Origin: Flectonema sp. DT1601 | Taxonomy: Eukaryota | Length of the DNA: 64,000 nt | Assembly: GCA_964019425.1 (NCBI GenBank) | Contig: OZ025785.1 | Location: forward strand, 620,001-684,000 | Direction: 5' to 3' | Shown here: positions 33,086 to 44,783 of the stretch, one piece after another | Layout: each line of letters opens with the position of its first letter | Numbering within the stretch: the stretch's first letter is position 1 | Translations under genes and position numbers: made by a program | The notes under the pieces: model-generated | What the model saw: only the letters and a program-made list of their open reading frames with translations | Databases searched by the model: none | Told to the model about the DNA's origin: nothing

Positions 33086-35269
33086 ATGATAATGACAGTT
33101 ATCTTGTCATTGGCATTGTCTGCATTTGAAGTTGTTAAGAAGAATAGCGGTACGGCAGATGGTTTGACATCAGCGATGAAGTGCAACTCAATCGATTTCT
33201 ATCGAGGAAAGATGCGAGTTGAATGTGTCGCAGCATCAATCTCTACGGAAGTTCAATGGAATATAAACACCGGCATCGACCCTCCTATCATTGAAGAAGG
33301 GTATTTGGGAACACCCTCTGGTTGGACAACACCATTCACCAATAACTTTACGTTCCATACTGGCCAGCTTAACATTGCTATTCATAGAAGGGATACTGGA
33401 GGTTATCTTGGCAATGCTCCGAACTTGTTGCCAACGAATGTTGTAGTAATTGATGTTGGAAATTCCTCGTTGTTTGGTTATGTTGTGGCGTTGTCGACTG
33501 AAAACACACTCGTCAGTAGCAAGTTTATTGGTCAATTTAATAAAGATGTGAAATTATTTACGTTTTCTGATTGGGAGATTCTTGACAACAGAGAAAATGG
33601 ACCAACTGCACTGTGTGCCAATACTAACAGTGGACTTGTTGTGTATTCGAGTGGAGCATGGGTTGTTGTGTACGATTTTATTAACAAAAAGTCGATTGCA
33701 AGATTTCGTTATATCGATTCAGTGGATTCGGTCGCAAGCGGTTTCAAATTAGATATTTTGATATCATCGTTCAGTCTGTACATTATTACAACTCCTCCTT
33801 TATTAATAAAGGCATACAACATATCAAAAATCGGAGATCTATTTTCAATCACAGAATGGTCTCAAAGCAAACCAATATTCCTTGGTCACACGGTCAGCTA
33901 TTTATATTCTGAAAACACTCTACTGATTAGCAGTAATACAAAAGGGTTATATGAATATCGTCCAGGGACTGGTTTGTTTGTCAAAACAGTTGATTTTTGT
34001 GAAGAGAGTCAAGGAGCAGGTCCGATATTTCAAATTGACAGAAGGATTTCACAGTTGAGTAATAAAGAAGAGTCGCGTTTGTTATTCGTTGTTTGTTATT
34101 TGATATCGTCTACTAGTTTGATTAATTCTAAGTTTATCTTGAATCAAATTGAAGTTACAGAAGTTGTTGGTAATCACAAGACAATAACACCGAATCCAAC
34201 GATCACTAACAACAATGAAATCGACAAATGGATTCTCCCAATCTCAATCTTGGGATTATCGTTCATAATCTTGACAGCAGTGTTATTATTATATTGCTGT
34301 TGTAGAATTAAAAAGAGGAATTGTGATTCATTTGATGATAACTTAATCAGTGAAGAGATGTGTGAAGCACGTCATCAATCAGACAGTAGGTTTGAATGGG
34401 AAGCATTAACAGATATTAAAACAGACAATCAAGGGATCATAACTGCTACTAGAAATGTGACTGAAGTGGTCGCTATTCAGCTCATCAGAACAGTTGATGA
34501 GGTCAGTGATGATCAAAAAATTAATTTTAATGAAGAAATATCTGTCCTGGCATCACTAAGACAAAAAGATATTCTCATGATGTATGGTTGGTTGAACAAT
34601 AATGAAAGAATATACACGATGACGGAATACTGTATGGAAGGTACGCTGAACTGTTTCTGTTACAGTCAAAGGCTGAGTCGAGAAACTGCTGCGAGATCGC
34701 TGATTGCGGTGGTCAGAGCCATCGCATTCTTACATGATAGGAACATAGCTCACATGGACATCAGAGGTCAGAATGTCCAGGTGACTGAATACTTAGAAAT
34801 GAAATTATGTTTAATCCCGGGAGTGACAAGTCCCTTGGGAAAGAGTGTTGATTTGCCTATTCAAAATACACCTTGGCGTTCACCTGAGACAATGTTGCAA
34901 CCTTGCATAGCAACTGATGGTCATGACGTATTTAGTTTTGGTTGTTTGGTGTTTGAAATTCTAACTGGGAATTCACCTCCTCCATCTCCTGACTGTTCGT
35001 TTTTAATATCACCTTTAATGTGTAGAAGGGAAGCAGGTCTTTGGGAAATTATATCAAAATGCTGCTGTCACAATCCTGAAGAACGACTAACCACTCAACG
35101 GATAACAAATATTTTGATAGAGAGTGACGTTGATGGATATACGGGAAATGAGAAACCAACACCTGTTAAAGTTGAACTGATCAACAATATTATAAACTCA
35201 TCAGCTGGTAATCTACTGCAATATGATATTTATCAACACCCTTCTTCAGGTACTCCACTTGCTGAGTAG
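33086..35269 (+). CDS. Single-pass receptor-like protein with a degenerate kinase domain
   Basis: Signal peptide, beta-rich ectodomain and TM helix (WILPISILGLSFIILTAVLLLYCCC). Kinase-like VAIQ, HMDIRGQNV, WRSPE, DVFSFGCL; no DFG or Gly loop. Confidence 0.85.
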   Translation: MIMTVILSLALSAFEVVKKNSGTADGLTSAMKCNSIDFYRGKMRVECVAASISTEVQWNINTGIDPPIIEEGYLGTPSGWTTPFTNNFTFHTGQLNIAIHRRDTGGYLGNAPNLLPTNVVVIDVGNSSLFGYVVALSTENTLVSSKFIGQFNKDVKLFTFSDWEILDNRENGPTALCANTNSGLVVYSSGAWVVVYDFINKKSIARFRYIDSVDSVASGFKLDILISSFSLYIITTPPLLIKAYNISKIGDLFSITEWSQSKPIFLGHTVSYLYSENTLLISSNTKGLYEYRPGTGLFVKTVDFCEESQGAGPIFQIDRRISQLSNKEESRLLFVVCYLISSTSLINSKFILNQIEVTEVVGNHKTITPNPTITNNNEIDKWILPISILGLSFIILTAVLLLYCCCRIKKRNCDSFDDNLISEEMCEARHQSDSRFEWEALTDIKTDNQGIITATRNVTEVVAIQLIRTVDEVSDDQKINFNEEISVLASLRQKDILMMYGWLNNNERIYTMTEYCMEGTLNCFCYSQRLSRETAARSLIAVVRAIAFLHDRNIAHMDIRGQNVQVTEYLEMKLCLIPGVTSPLGKSVDLPIQNTPWRSPETMLQPCIATDGHDVFSFGCLVFEILTGNSPPPSPDCSFLISPLMCRREAGLWEIISKCCCHNPEERLTTQRITNILIESDVDGYTGNEKPTPVKVELINNIINSSAGNLLQYDIYQHPSSGTPLAE

Positions 35270-35392
35270 GAAATTCGGTTCTCGTTAAAGGTTTTGATGT
35301 GTTGTCTTTATTAAAATGAAGAACAAGTTTTTGTTGAATCCTGGATAATATTTCTCAGGATTCCGATTCCTCCAAAAAAAAAAAAAGAAAAT

Positions 35393-35553
35393 ATGAGATT
35401 CCTTCTGTCTCTACCTACCTGCTATGTGTGGAAACTACGTATTCCACAAGTGTATTATGAAACAGTAGAACAATTGTGTTTTTATTACTTTTCTTTTTTT
35501 ATAATAAGCTCATATTCTACTCGCTATCTGTGGAAACAACAGTCAAGGGAACG
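35393..35553 (+). pseudogene. Tiny LSU rRNA fragment split by an 87-bp repeat insertion
   Basis: atgagattccttctgtctctacctac and ctatctgtggaaacaacagtcaagggaacg match consecutive parts of the LSU fragment at ~15255-15308 (minus strand). Confidence 0.65.
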
Positions 35554-35675
35554 TGTTGTATTATTCGAAGGTCTTTTTTCTTTTCTTAATTATCGTTGGG
35601 AAAAAGTTCTCGAATTGAAGTTACGTATCCTTTGACTTAATTCTTCATCACCAGAAACTCATCCAGTTAAAAATA

Positions 35676-37880
35676 ATGGCAACTATCGATTCCCTGTCCT
35701 CTGTTTTGAGGAGCCATCAGAGGTTCATGGCGAAGCTGCTGGTGGAAATGGTGAGTCGGAAAGAGGAATCGGGGGCGCTGATGGACAGTTTTTCAGAAGT
35801 TCTCAGATCGTCGGAGGAGATCATGGATGGAATGACGGATGCTGAGGCTGCGACTGAATTGACGACGTACAAGGAAGTACACCGGGTGGCGAGGGAGAAG
35901 GAGTCGGCGAAGTTGGTGGAAGGAAGCTCGCGATTACTGGGGAGCCTTTCCTTGCATCCTGACATGAAGTGTGACGATATCGGGTTTGTTAAAGCTGATC
36001 TCAAGGGGGACGGGAAGTTGGAGTTGGTCGAAGATGACCTGAGGAATGTATTCTCGTCCACCTGCTTCCCTCGGCTGCTGAACGAGGATGAGTATTTCAA
36101 CACACTTCAAATTGGTTACTTGGGCATGGGTGAAACAGAGGAGGGTGTCCCAGCCCAACTCAGGAAGGAACTTTTCCTGCTGCTGGACTGGCCGAGACTC
36201 TCCCACTCGTCGAAGGAAGAAGTAAAATCCCAATTTGACAACACCTCATGGGGTGCTGAGATCCTCCGTGAGCTGGAAGATTCGAATAACAGGGGTACTG
36301 TGAAAAGAACATACAAATGGCCTCGGTATGAACGTGTTGTGACTGCGGAGGAGTTGAGAACTTCACATCTTCGTACTCGAATTGACATTTTGTTCGCAGA
36401 AAATCGCAACATGTTGTGTGTCCTCGATGCCTCAGAATATATTGACGATGAAGGCACCCTTTCTAATGATTGTGTTAAGAAGCTTCCGTCTTCCATCCGT
36501 CGGTTGTTATTCACCAACTGCAGCCGTTGCACCAAATTTCAGCAGCATTTCCTGTTTGGCAGTTGTAACTCGCTGACGTCAATCGATTTCACATCTTTTC
36601 ACAACGTGACGGCCATCCCCAACAAGTTCTTGAACAACTTGAAGTCTCTGACTCACGTAGATCTGTCATCCTTTAGTGAAGTTACTAACATTGGCAATGA
36701 CTTTATATATGACTGCAGGTCCCTCAAATCCATCGATGTTTCCGGTTTGAAGAAACTGACTACAATAGGAGATGGATTCTTGAATTATTCAAAGTCCCTG
36801 ACTCACGTGGATTTATCTTCCTTTAGTGAAGTTACTAACATTGGCCATTACTTTATTAGTGACTGTGAGTCCCTCACCTCCATCGATGTTTCCGGTCTGA
36901 AGAAGCTGACTACAATAGGAAATAAATTCTTGAATAACTTGCGGTCTCTGACTCACGTGGATTTATCTTCCTTTAGTGAAGTTACTAACATTGGCCATTA
37001 CTTTATTAGTTACTGTGAGTCCCTCACCTCCATCGATGTTTCCGGTCTGAAGAAGCTGACTATGATAGGAAGTGAATTCTTATATGGTTCGAGGGTTCTG
37101 GCTAGCATGGATTTATCATCCTTGAGTAAAGTTACGAGTATTGGCTATAACAAACAAACTTCAAGTACTCGAATTGACGTTTTATTCACACAAAATCCCG
37201 ACATTTTGTGTGTCCTCGATGCCTCAAAATATATTTATAAAGGTACCTATTCTGGTGATTGTGTTAAGATGCTTCCGTCTTGCATCCGTCGGTTGTCATT
37301 CACCAACTGCAGCCGTTGCACTGCATTTGAGCAAGAGTTCCTGTCAGGCAGTTGTGACTCGCTGACGTCAATCGATTTCACTTCTTTTCACAATGTGACG
37401 GCCATCCCCAACAAGTTCTTGAACAACTTGAAGTCTCTGACTCACGTAGATCTGTCATCCTTTAGTGAAGTTACTAACATTGGCAATGACTTTATATATG
37501 ACTGCAGGTCCCTCAAATCCATCGATGTTTCCGGTCTGAAGAAGCTGACTACAATAGGAAATAAATTCTTGAACAACTTGAAGTCTCTGACTCACGTGGA
37601 TTTATCATCCTTGAGTGAAGTTACGAGCATTGGCGATGACTTTATTAGTTACTGTGAATCCCTCACCTCCATCGATGTTTCCGGTCTGAAGAAGCTGACT
37701 AAAATAGGATATAGATTCTTGCAGTATTCTACGTCTCTGACTAGAGTAGATTTATCTTCTTTTGGTGAAGTTACGAGCATTGGGAAGCCAGAAAAACTGG
37801 CTTTGAATAATGTCAGAGGATTAGGTGAGTGCAGTGTAGTTGTTAAAATGAAATTTAAGAAGTTATACATGTTGAGATGA
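35676..37880 (+). CDS. Leucine-rich repeat protein (25-aa BspA/LRR_5-like repeats, two cap+LRR modules)
   Basis: Intact 734-aa ORF with alternating LTHVDLSSFSEVTNIGxxFIxxC and LTSIDVSGLKKLTTIGxxFLxx units. Confidence 0.9.
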   Translation: MATIDSLSSVLRSHQRFMAKLLVEMVSRKEESGALMDSFSEVLRSSEEIMDGMTDAEAATELTTYKEVHRVAREKESAKLVEGSSRLLGSLSLHPDMKCDDIGFVKADLKGDGKLELVEDDLRNVFSSTCFPRLLNEDEYFNTLQIGYLGMGETEEGVPAQLRKELFLLLDWPRLSHSSKEEVKSQFDNTSWGAEILRELEDSNNRGTVKRTYKWPRYERVVTAEELRTSHLRTRIDILFAENRNMLCVLDASEYIDDEGTLSNDCVKKLPSSIRRLLFTNCSRCTKFQQHFLFGSCNSLTSIDFTSFHNVTAIPNKFLNNLKSLTHVDLSSFSEVTNIGNDFIYDCRSLKSIDVSGLKKLTTIGDGFLNYSKSLTHVDLSSFSEVTNIGHYFISDCESLTSIDVSGLKKLTTIGNKFLNNLRSLTHVDLSSFSEVTNIGHYFISYCESLTSIDVSGLKKLTMIGSEFLYGSRVLASMDLSSLSKVTSIGYNKQTSSTRIDVLFTQNPDILCVLDASKYIYKGTYSGDCVKMLPSCIRRLSFTNCSRCTAFEQEFLSGSCDSLTSIDFTSFHNVTAIPNKFLNNLKSLTHVDLSSFSEVTNIGNDFIYDCRSLKSIDVSGLKKLTTIGNKFLNNLKSLTHVDLSSLSEVTSIGDDFISYCESLTSIDVSGLKKLTKIGYRFLQYSTSLTRVDLSSFGEVTSIGKPEKLALNNVRGLGECSVVVKMKFKKLYMLR

Positions 37881-38301
37881 CCACCTTCAGCCATTGGTAA
37901 GTAATTAGCTCCCGTCACTGTACTCACTTGGGAAAGTAATTATTCGAATTGAAAACACCATATTCGGAACTCCTGCCGATACATTGATGACTTCCTTAAC
38001 TGGAGTTGCAACCCTCCTTCTGAAGAATCTGATACATTTTATCCGAAGTGGGACGCAGAATTTGTGGACTTCGCATCTCCACCCCGACGTGTCCCCTGAA
38101 TTCACATATTCAACAGCACGTATTGGGTTTTATTAACCGATTGTTATGCAACTTAACGACGAATGGTATTTTAAGTGTGTTTGCTTTTTGGTCATTGGTT
38201 GTCTTTTCGTACGTCTCGTTAAGTGTTTCAGCTATTTGTGTTTCGGAACTGTTTTGATGAAAATAATTTGATTCTCTCATTTATGCTTTTCAGGTTTCCA
38301 A

Positions 38302-39240
38302 ATGGAGGAATCACAAAACAACATATGCACCGGTAGCAACGCCCAAGATAAATATTGGAAACAAGTATTCCATCCTCTTTTTAAAAGTGAGGGGGATTCT
38401 TCAATAATTTCCGAAAAGTAAAAGAACTGATATCTGAATTCTATCCGGAAGTGAAGAGGGGTCCAGTGGGTGAAACTCTTCTTCATAGATTGATATTAGG
38501 TCATCCTGATAAGGGGAAAGAGAATAAGTTAAGAAAGGTATTGGATTTACTACTCAAACTAGATGACCCAGTGTTATTAATGGAAATAGTATGTCACGCC
38601 TACAACAGGAGGGATCTGAAAGTTGCGCAAGTAAAATCAGGAAGAGAGTAGTTTTTGATGGAGAAACAGGATTACACCTTGCTATTGCTTTTGGTGACAT
38701 GGAATTGGTTGAAAACCTACTGTCGCTGGGGGCAGACTTGTGCTCTAGAGCATACGGTTCTTCCTTTGCTCCTGGAGTATCCAGAACGTACTTTGGTGAA
38801 TATCCCTTGTCCTTGGCAGCTGCGATGGGTTCTGTGGAAGTCGCTGAAATAATGCTGCGTCACTACTCTAAACAAACAACTGCTGTTTTAGACGATCAAC
38901 AAGATATCATTTCGATAGTTACTTTTCACAATGTGACGGCCATTTCCCGTCAAGGTCCTGAACTTGTAGTCTCTGACTCACGTTGATTTGACTTCCTTTA
39001 GTGAAGTTGTGAGTATTGACAAAATTCTTTTTATAATTGACTGTGAATCCCTGACCTCTATCGATGTTTCCAGACTTGAGAAGGTGACTACAATAGGAAG
39101 AGGTTTCGTTGGGTATTGAATCCTTTAGTGAAGTTACGATCATTGACGATTACTTGTTACTGTGAGTCCCTCACCTCCGTCGATGTTTCCCGTTTGGAGA
39201 GGCTGAGTGAAATAGGATTTGGATTCTTAAGTGATACGAA
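38302..39240 (+). pseudogene. TRPV-like ankyrin fragment fused to degenerate LRR pieces (copy 1)
   Basis: GPVGETLLH, GETGLHLAI, GADLCSRAYGSSF, YFGEYPLSLAA. Frameshifted, with a 31-bp deletion relative to copy 2. Confidence 0.7.
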
Positions 39241-39265
39241 ACTAACTAACAAAAGTGTCAATCGG

Positions 39266-40800
39266 ATTTAATAAAGATGTGAAATTATTTACGTTTTCTG
39301 ATTGGGAGATTCTTGACAACAGAGAAAATGGACTGCACTGTGTGCCAATACTAACAGCGGACTTGTTGTGTATTCGAGTGGAGCATGGGTTGTTGTGTAC
39401 GATTTTATTAACAAAAAGTCGATTGCAAGATTTCGTTATATCGATTCAGTGTCAGACGGTTGTGACTCGCTGACGTCAATCAATTTCACTTCTTTTCACA
39501 ACGTGACGGCCATCCCCAACAAGTTCTTGAATAACTTGAAGTCTCTGACTCACGTGGATTTATCCTCCTTTAGTAAAGTTACTAACATTGATGATGACTT
39601 TATTAGAAACTGTGAGTCCCTCACCTCCATCGATGTTTCCGGTCTGAAGAAGCTGACTACAATAGGAGGTAGATTCTTAAATAATTCAAAATCCCTGACT
39701 AGAGTGGACTTGCGTTGCCTTAGTAAGGTTACGAGCATTGGCGATTACTTTATTAGTAACTGTGAGTCCCTCACCTCCATCGGTGTTTTCGGTTTTAAGA
39801 AGCTGGCTGCAATAGGAAGCGGGTTCTTAGGTAGTACAAAGTCTCTGACTAGTGTGGATTTATCATCCTTGAGTGAAGTTACGAGCATTGGCTATAACAA
39901 ACATGTTGTGACTGCGGGTGACCTGAAGGCTTCACGTACTCGAATTGACGTTTTGTTCACACAAAATCCCGACATGTTGTGTGTCTTCGATGCCTCGGAA
40001 TATATTGACGATGAAGGCACCCTTTCTAATGATTGTGTCAAGAAGCTTCCGTCTTGCATCCGTCGGTTGTCATTCACTAACTGCAGCCGTTGTATTAAAT
40101 TTCAGGAGAATTTCCTGTCAGACGGTTGTGACTCGCTGACGTCAATCAATTTCACTTCTTTTCACAACGTGACGGCCATCCCCAACAACTTCTTGAAAAG
40201 GTTGAAGTCTCTGACTCACGTGGATTTATCATCCTTTAGTAAAGTTACGAGCATTGGCGATGACTTTATTAGTTACTGTGAGTCCCTCAAATCCATCGAT
40301 GTTTCCGGTTTGAAGAAGCTGTCTAAAATAGGAAATGGATTCTTAAGTAAATCAGAAGCCCTGACTAGAGTAGATTATCTTCTTTTGGTGAAGTTACGAG
40401 CATTGGCAAGAGCTTTATTTGTTACTGTGAGTCCCTCACCTCCATCGATGTTTCCGGTTTGAAGAAACTGTCTGAAATAGGAAATTTATTCTTAAGTAAT
40501 GCAAAGTCCCTGACTAGAGTGGATTTATCTTCCTTTAGTGAAGTTACTAACATTGGCGATCGCTTTATGCTTGACTGTGAGTCCCTCACCTCCATCGATG
40601 TTTCCGGTTTGAAGAAAGTGACTAAATTAGGAGATAGATTCTTGGGGCTAGAAAAATATGGAAATTCGCAGAAGCCAATGAAACTGATTATGAACAATGT
40701 CAGAGGATTAGATAAGTGCAGTGAAGTTGTTAAAAAGGAATTGCAGAGGTTAAAATATGAGTTTTCCAGTAGAAGAAGATTCAGGAGCACCAGCTTTTGA
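39266..40800 (+). pseudogene. Chimeric LRR pseudogene headed by a captured piece of the upstream receptor-kinase gene
   Basis: 39266-39451 copies 33535-33724 (4-bp deletion) and runs in frame into LRR repeats. Frameshift near 40375; repeats continue to TGA at 40800. Confidence 0.8.
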
Positions 40801-41136
40801 TAGGTGACCCTAGTGAATCATTTTCGATGGAATTGTTTTGGGGATATTAATTTGGCTGAAAACATGGGATAGTCATGGGCAACCTGGCTAAGACTGTTCC
40901 AGTGCAGAAAAAAAAAAAAAAAAAAGAACTTTTTCTCAGAAAAAGCTGGTAGTTTTTGCAGCACGATCCTACATAAAATTTGTCGTTTTTTGGCACTTCT
41001 GGCTCCACCCTTGTACTCATAAGATACATTTTTCCCCTTTGTCGAAAAAAAAAAAAACGCGAAAGGCCCCGTACGTGGCCTTCAGGGCTTCTAGGGTTAA
41101 TATAAAAAAGTGCACTGAATTAAAATATAAAAAAGA

Positions 41137-42176
41137 ACATATTCAACAGCACGTATTGGGTTTTATTGACCGATTGTTATGCAACTGAACGACGAATGGT
41201 ATTTTAAGTGTGTTTGCTTTTTGGTCATTGGTTGTCTTTTCGTACGTCTCGTTAAGTGTTTCAGCTATTTGTGTTTCGGAACTGTTTTGATGAAAATAAT
41301 TTGATTCTCTCATTTATGCTTTTCAGGTTTCCAAATGGAGGAATCACAAAACAACATATGCACCGGTAGCAACGCCCAAGATAAATATTGGAAACAAGTA
41401 TTCCATCCTCTTTTTAAAAGTGAGGGGGATTCTTCAATAATTTCCGAATAGTAAAAAAACTGATATCTGAATTCTATCCGGAAGTGAAGAGGGGTCCAGT
41501 GGGTGAAACTCTTCTTCATAGATTGATATTAGGTCATCCTGATAAGGGGAAAGAGAATAAGTTAAGAAAGGTATTGGATTTACTACTCAAACTAGATGAC
41601 CCAGTGTTATTAATGGAAATAGTATGTCACGCCTACAACAGGAGGGATCTGAAAGTTGCGCAAGTAAAATCAGGAAGAGAGAGATCAACCAAATCACTTC
41701 GATATAAAGAATTAGTTTTTGATGGAGAAACAGGATTACACCTTGCTATTGCTTTTGGTGACATGGAATTGGTTGAAAACCTACTGTCGCTGGGGGCAGA
41801 CTTGTGCTCTAGAGCATACGGTTCTTCCTTTGCTCCTGGAGTATCCAGAACGTACTTTGGTGAATATCCCTTGTCCTTGGCAGCTGCGATGGGTTCTATG
41901 GAAGTCGCTGAAATAGTGCTGCGTCACTACTCTAAACAAACAACTGCTGTTTTAACAAGATATCATTTCGATAGTTACTTTTCACAATGTGACGGCCATT
42001 TCCCGTCAAGGTCCTGAACTTGTAGTCTCTGACTCACGTTGATTTGACTTCCTTTAGTGAAGTTATGACTATTGACAAAATTCTTTTTGTAATTGACTGT
42101 GAATCCCTGACCTCTATCGATGTTTCCAGACTTGAGAAGGTGACTACAATAGGAAGAGGTTTCGTTGGGTATTGAA
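41137..42176 (+). pseudogene. Duplicate of 38104-39120 (TRPV-like ankyrin fragment plus LRR remnant, copy 2)
   Basis: Near-identical sequence; ORF 41484-42017 carries the ankyrin motifs. Confidence 0.8.
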
Positions 42177-43672
42177 AGCTGACCATAAGAGATGCCAAGG
42201 TTAACTTTAGGAACTTGATATTTAGGAAGTTAGGTTTATTTTGAAGTAAACGTGAATATGAGAATACTCTTGAAATCGAACCTAACAATCAAAATTCCAT
42301 TCAGGTAATTTGCCACCGATAAAACTTATGTCTGCGGGTATCGAATCCTTAAAAGTCTATCGTATTGCTATTGTATTGCAGATCGATAATATAACCACCG
42401 TTTTCTTATCTTTACTACAGTTAATTTGAGTTTTATTTTATTATACTGATGGATATTTGTACTCCTTTATCAGTTCTCACTCTCCTGTACTCATGTACAA
42501 CTCAATCGAACCCTGTCTGAAAGTGGATAAGAATATTTGTGAAATCATATTTTTAACGTGACAATCATTATAAATTTTTAACACTTGTGTTCCCTTGTCA
42601 CTGTTGATATTTCTGACAACTGCATCGTCGGCACCCACTTCGATCAACTAGTAGCAGCTCTCTCTCATATGAAATCTGTTCAACATTTTATTTGTGATGG
42701 AAACAGGACATCTACTTCAGGTTTTCATTCTCGATTCTCGAAATCAGAACCACTAACAGTTCCACAGTTGAAATGCACTGGATACTAAAATGCAGACTCA
42801 TCCAACTTTTGATGAAATAATGAGAGTGTTAGTTAACATTGCATCTCATTCAAGACATGTAATTGCTGCATGCTATAACACACTGGTCATGTCGCAGCCG
42901 ACTACATCTACAGGTGGGGAAGACGATCCAAATAAACTCCAGCAGTGGAATACAGCCGCACACCAAACATTCGAAAGACTTTCAGTCAGCGAAAGTCCAT
43001 CTTCCATTGATCCATGATTATGCTTTTTTTTTACACGCGATCATTTTGCTATATTTTTTTTTATTTTTTTTATTTTTTTTTTTTTGCATTTAACAAGTAT
43101 TGTAAGAACGAAAAAGACATTGATTTGACTTCCTTTAGTGAAGTTGTGACTATTGACACAATTCTTTTTGTAATTGACTGTGAATCCCTGACCTCTATCG
43201 ATGTTTCCAGACTTGAGAAGGTGACTACAATAGGAAGAGGTTTCGTTGGGTATTGAAAGCTGACCATAAGAGATGCCAAGGTTAACTTTAGGAACTTGAT
43301 ATTTAGGGAGTTAGGTTTATTTTGAAGTAAACGTGAATATGAGAATACTCTTGAAATCGAACCTAACAATCAAAATTCCATTCAGGTAATTTGCCACCGA
43401 TAAAACTTATGTCTGCGGTATCGAATCCTTAAAAGTCTATCGCATTGCTATTGTATTGCAGATCGATAATATAACCACCGTTTTCTTATCTTTATTAAAG
43501 TTAATTTGAGTTTTATTTTATTATACTGATGGATATTTGTACTCCTTTATCAGTTCTCACTCTCCTGTACTCATGTACAACTCAATCGAACCCTGTCTGA
43601 AAGTGGATAAGAATATTTGTGAAATCATATTTTTAACGTGACAATCATTATAAATTCTTAACACTTGTGTTC
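42039..43672 (+). repeat. Direct duplication 42039-42591 / 43120-43672 enclosing an unrelated gene fragment
   Basis: Near-identical ~550-bp copies. The intervening 42585-43017 has an RNI-type LRR-like remnant (LVTVDISDNCI...VQHFICDGN). Confidence 0.8.
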
Positions 43673-44783
43673 TACTTTTTTGAGTTTCCTTTTCGTGTTT
43701 CACATTCAGATCGCGAGATCTCTGAGTGGAACTCTCAGAAGAGCTACCGTCAGGACAATTCCTGCCATCGTGATTTGGACCCCCACGTGTCCAAGTCCAA
43801 CAATGTTCGTTTGGTTTTCTTTTTCTTAATTATTATTTCACTTGTTTGGGTGACTGGCAATTTTGGGCAGATAATCCTTACACCCACACGGTATATCGTT
43901 TTTTAGCATTTCAGGCCTTTCTGCCTATTTTTTATCCCAGCATCCTTTAGAAATTGCTTTAACTTCTCTATCCTTTTTCTTCTTAATTTTACAGGTACTC
44001 AGCAGCCAAATTCAGCAGAGAAATCAGTTATATTATTTACCCAGCAGATTTCGATCACCCAGATTCAAGGTCAGCAATAATTTTGCATAAAGTAAAGACA
44101 GTGATGACTCACTTTATTGTTGCTCTATTCTCATTCCAATTTAACAGCCATTGTTTTGAGACATTCTTAAAAGACAAAAAGCAAATCGAAGACTTCCATT
44201 CGATCACTTTGATGAGATCTACCGAACCACATAATTTAGTTTCCATGTGATCACAATAAAACCTCAGACAACTAATGTGAGCGTTGCTATGACATCTGAG
44301 AATAAAAGGAACCATTGAAGGTCTGCGAAGAGAAAATCAAACGCAAGATGGTTGACGACAACTCGTTAGATGGAAACGACACAAATAAAAACCCAATTTC
44401 AGTAGTTATAAGTTTAAACTGAACGAAAAGCAAATACACATTGCTAGCTATCTTGGCGAATTCCGATGGATTGTTACGTACCTTAGAATAATAACAAATT
44501 CAAAATAGAATAATATCTCCAGAACTTACTGATGAAGGACTAAAAGAGACGAGTAGTACAAGATTAAAAACCTAAAACTACATCCTGGATGTTTTCCCTT
44601 GCTTTCATCGCTGAAGAGGGGAATGGTCGGGAGAAATATTAAATCAGAGTTCACGCTGATATTCTTCAGGTGTTTCCAGACAAGTGGGAAGTTGACTCAC
44701 AGAAGTTTCCTTCATTCTTGAATTGAAGTTACGTATCCTTTGAATTAATTCTTCATCACCAGAAACTCATCCAGTTGAAAATA

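Noticed and set aside
35717..36535. Antisense ORFs repeated at each LRR paralog
   Set aside because: Shadow frames of a GC-richer coding region, conserved only because the paralogs are nearly identical.
36560..37790. Regular repeats with variable interiors suggesting a CRISPR array or DGR
   Set aside because: They are in-frame coding LRR units. Variation is not obviously adenine-specific and neither RT in the window is DGR-type.
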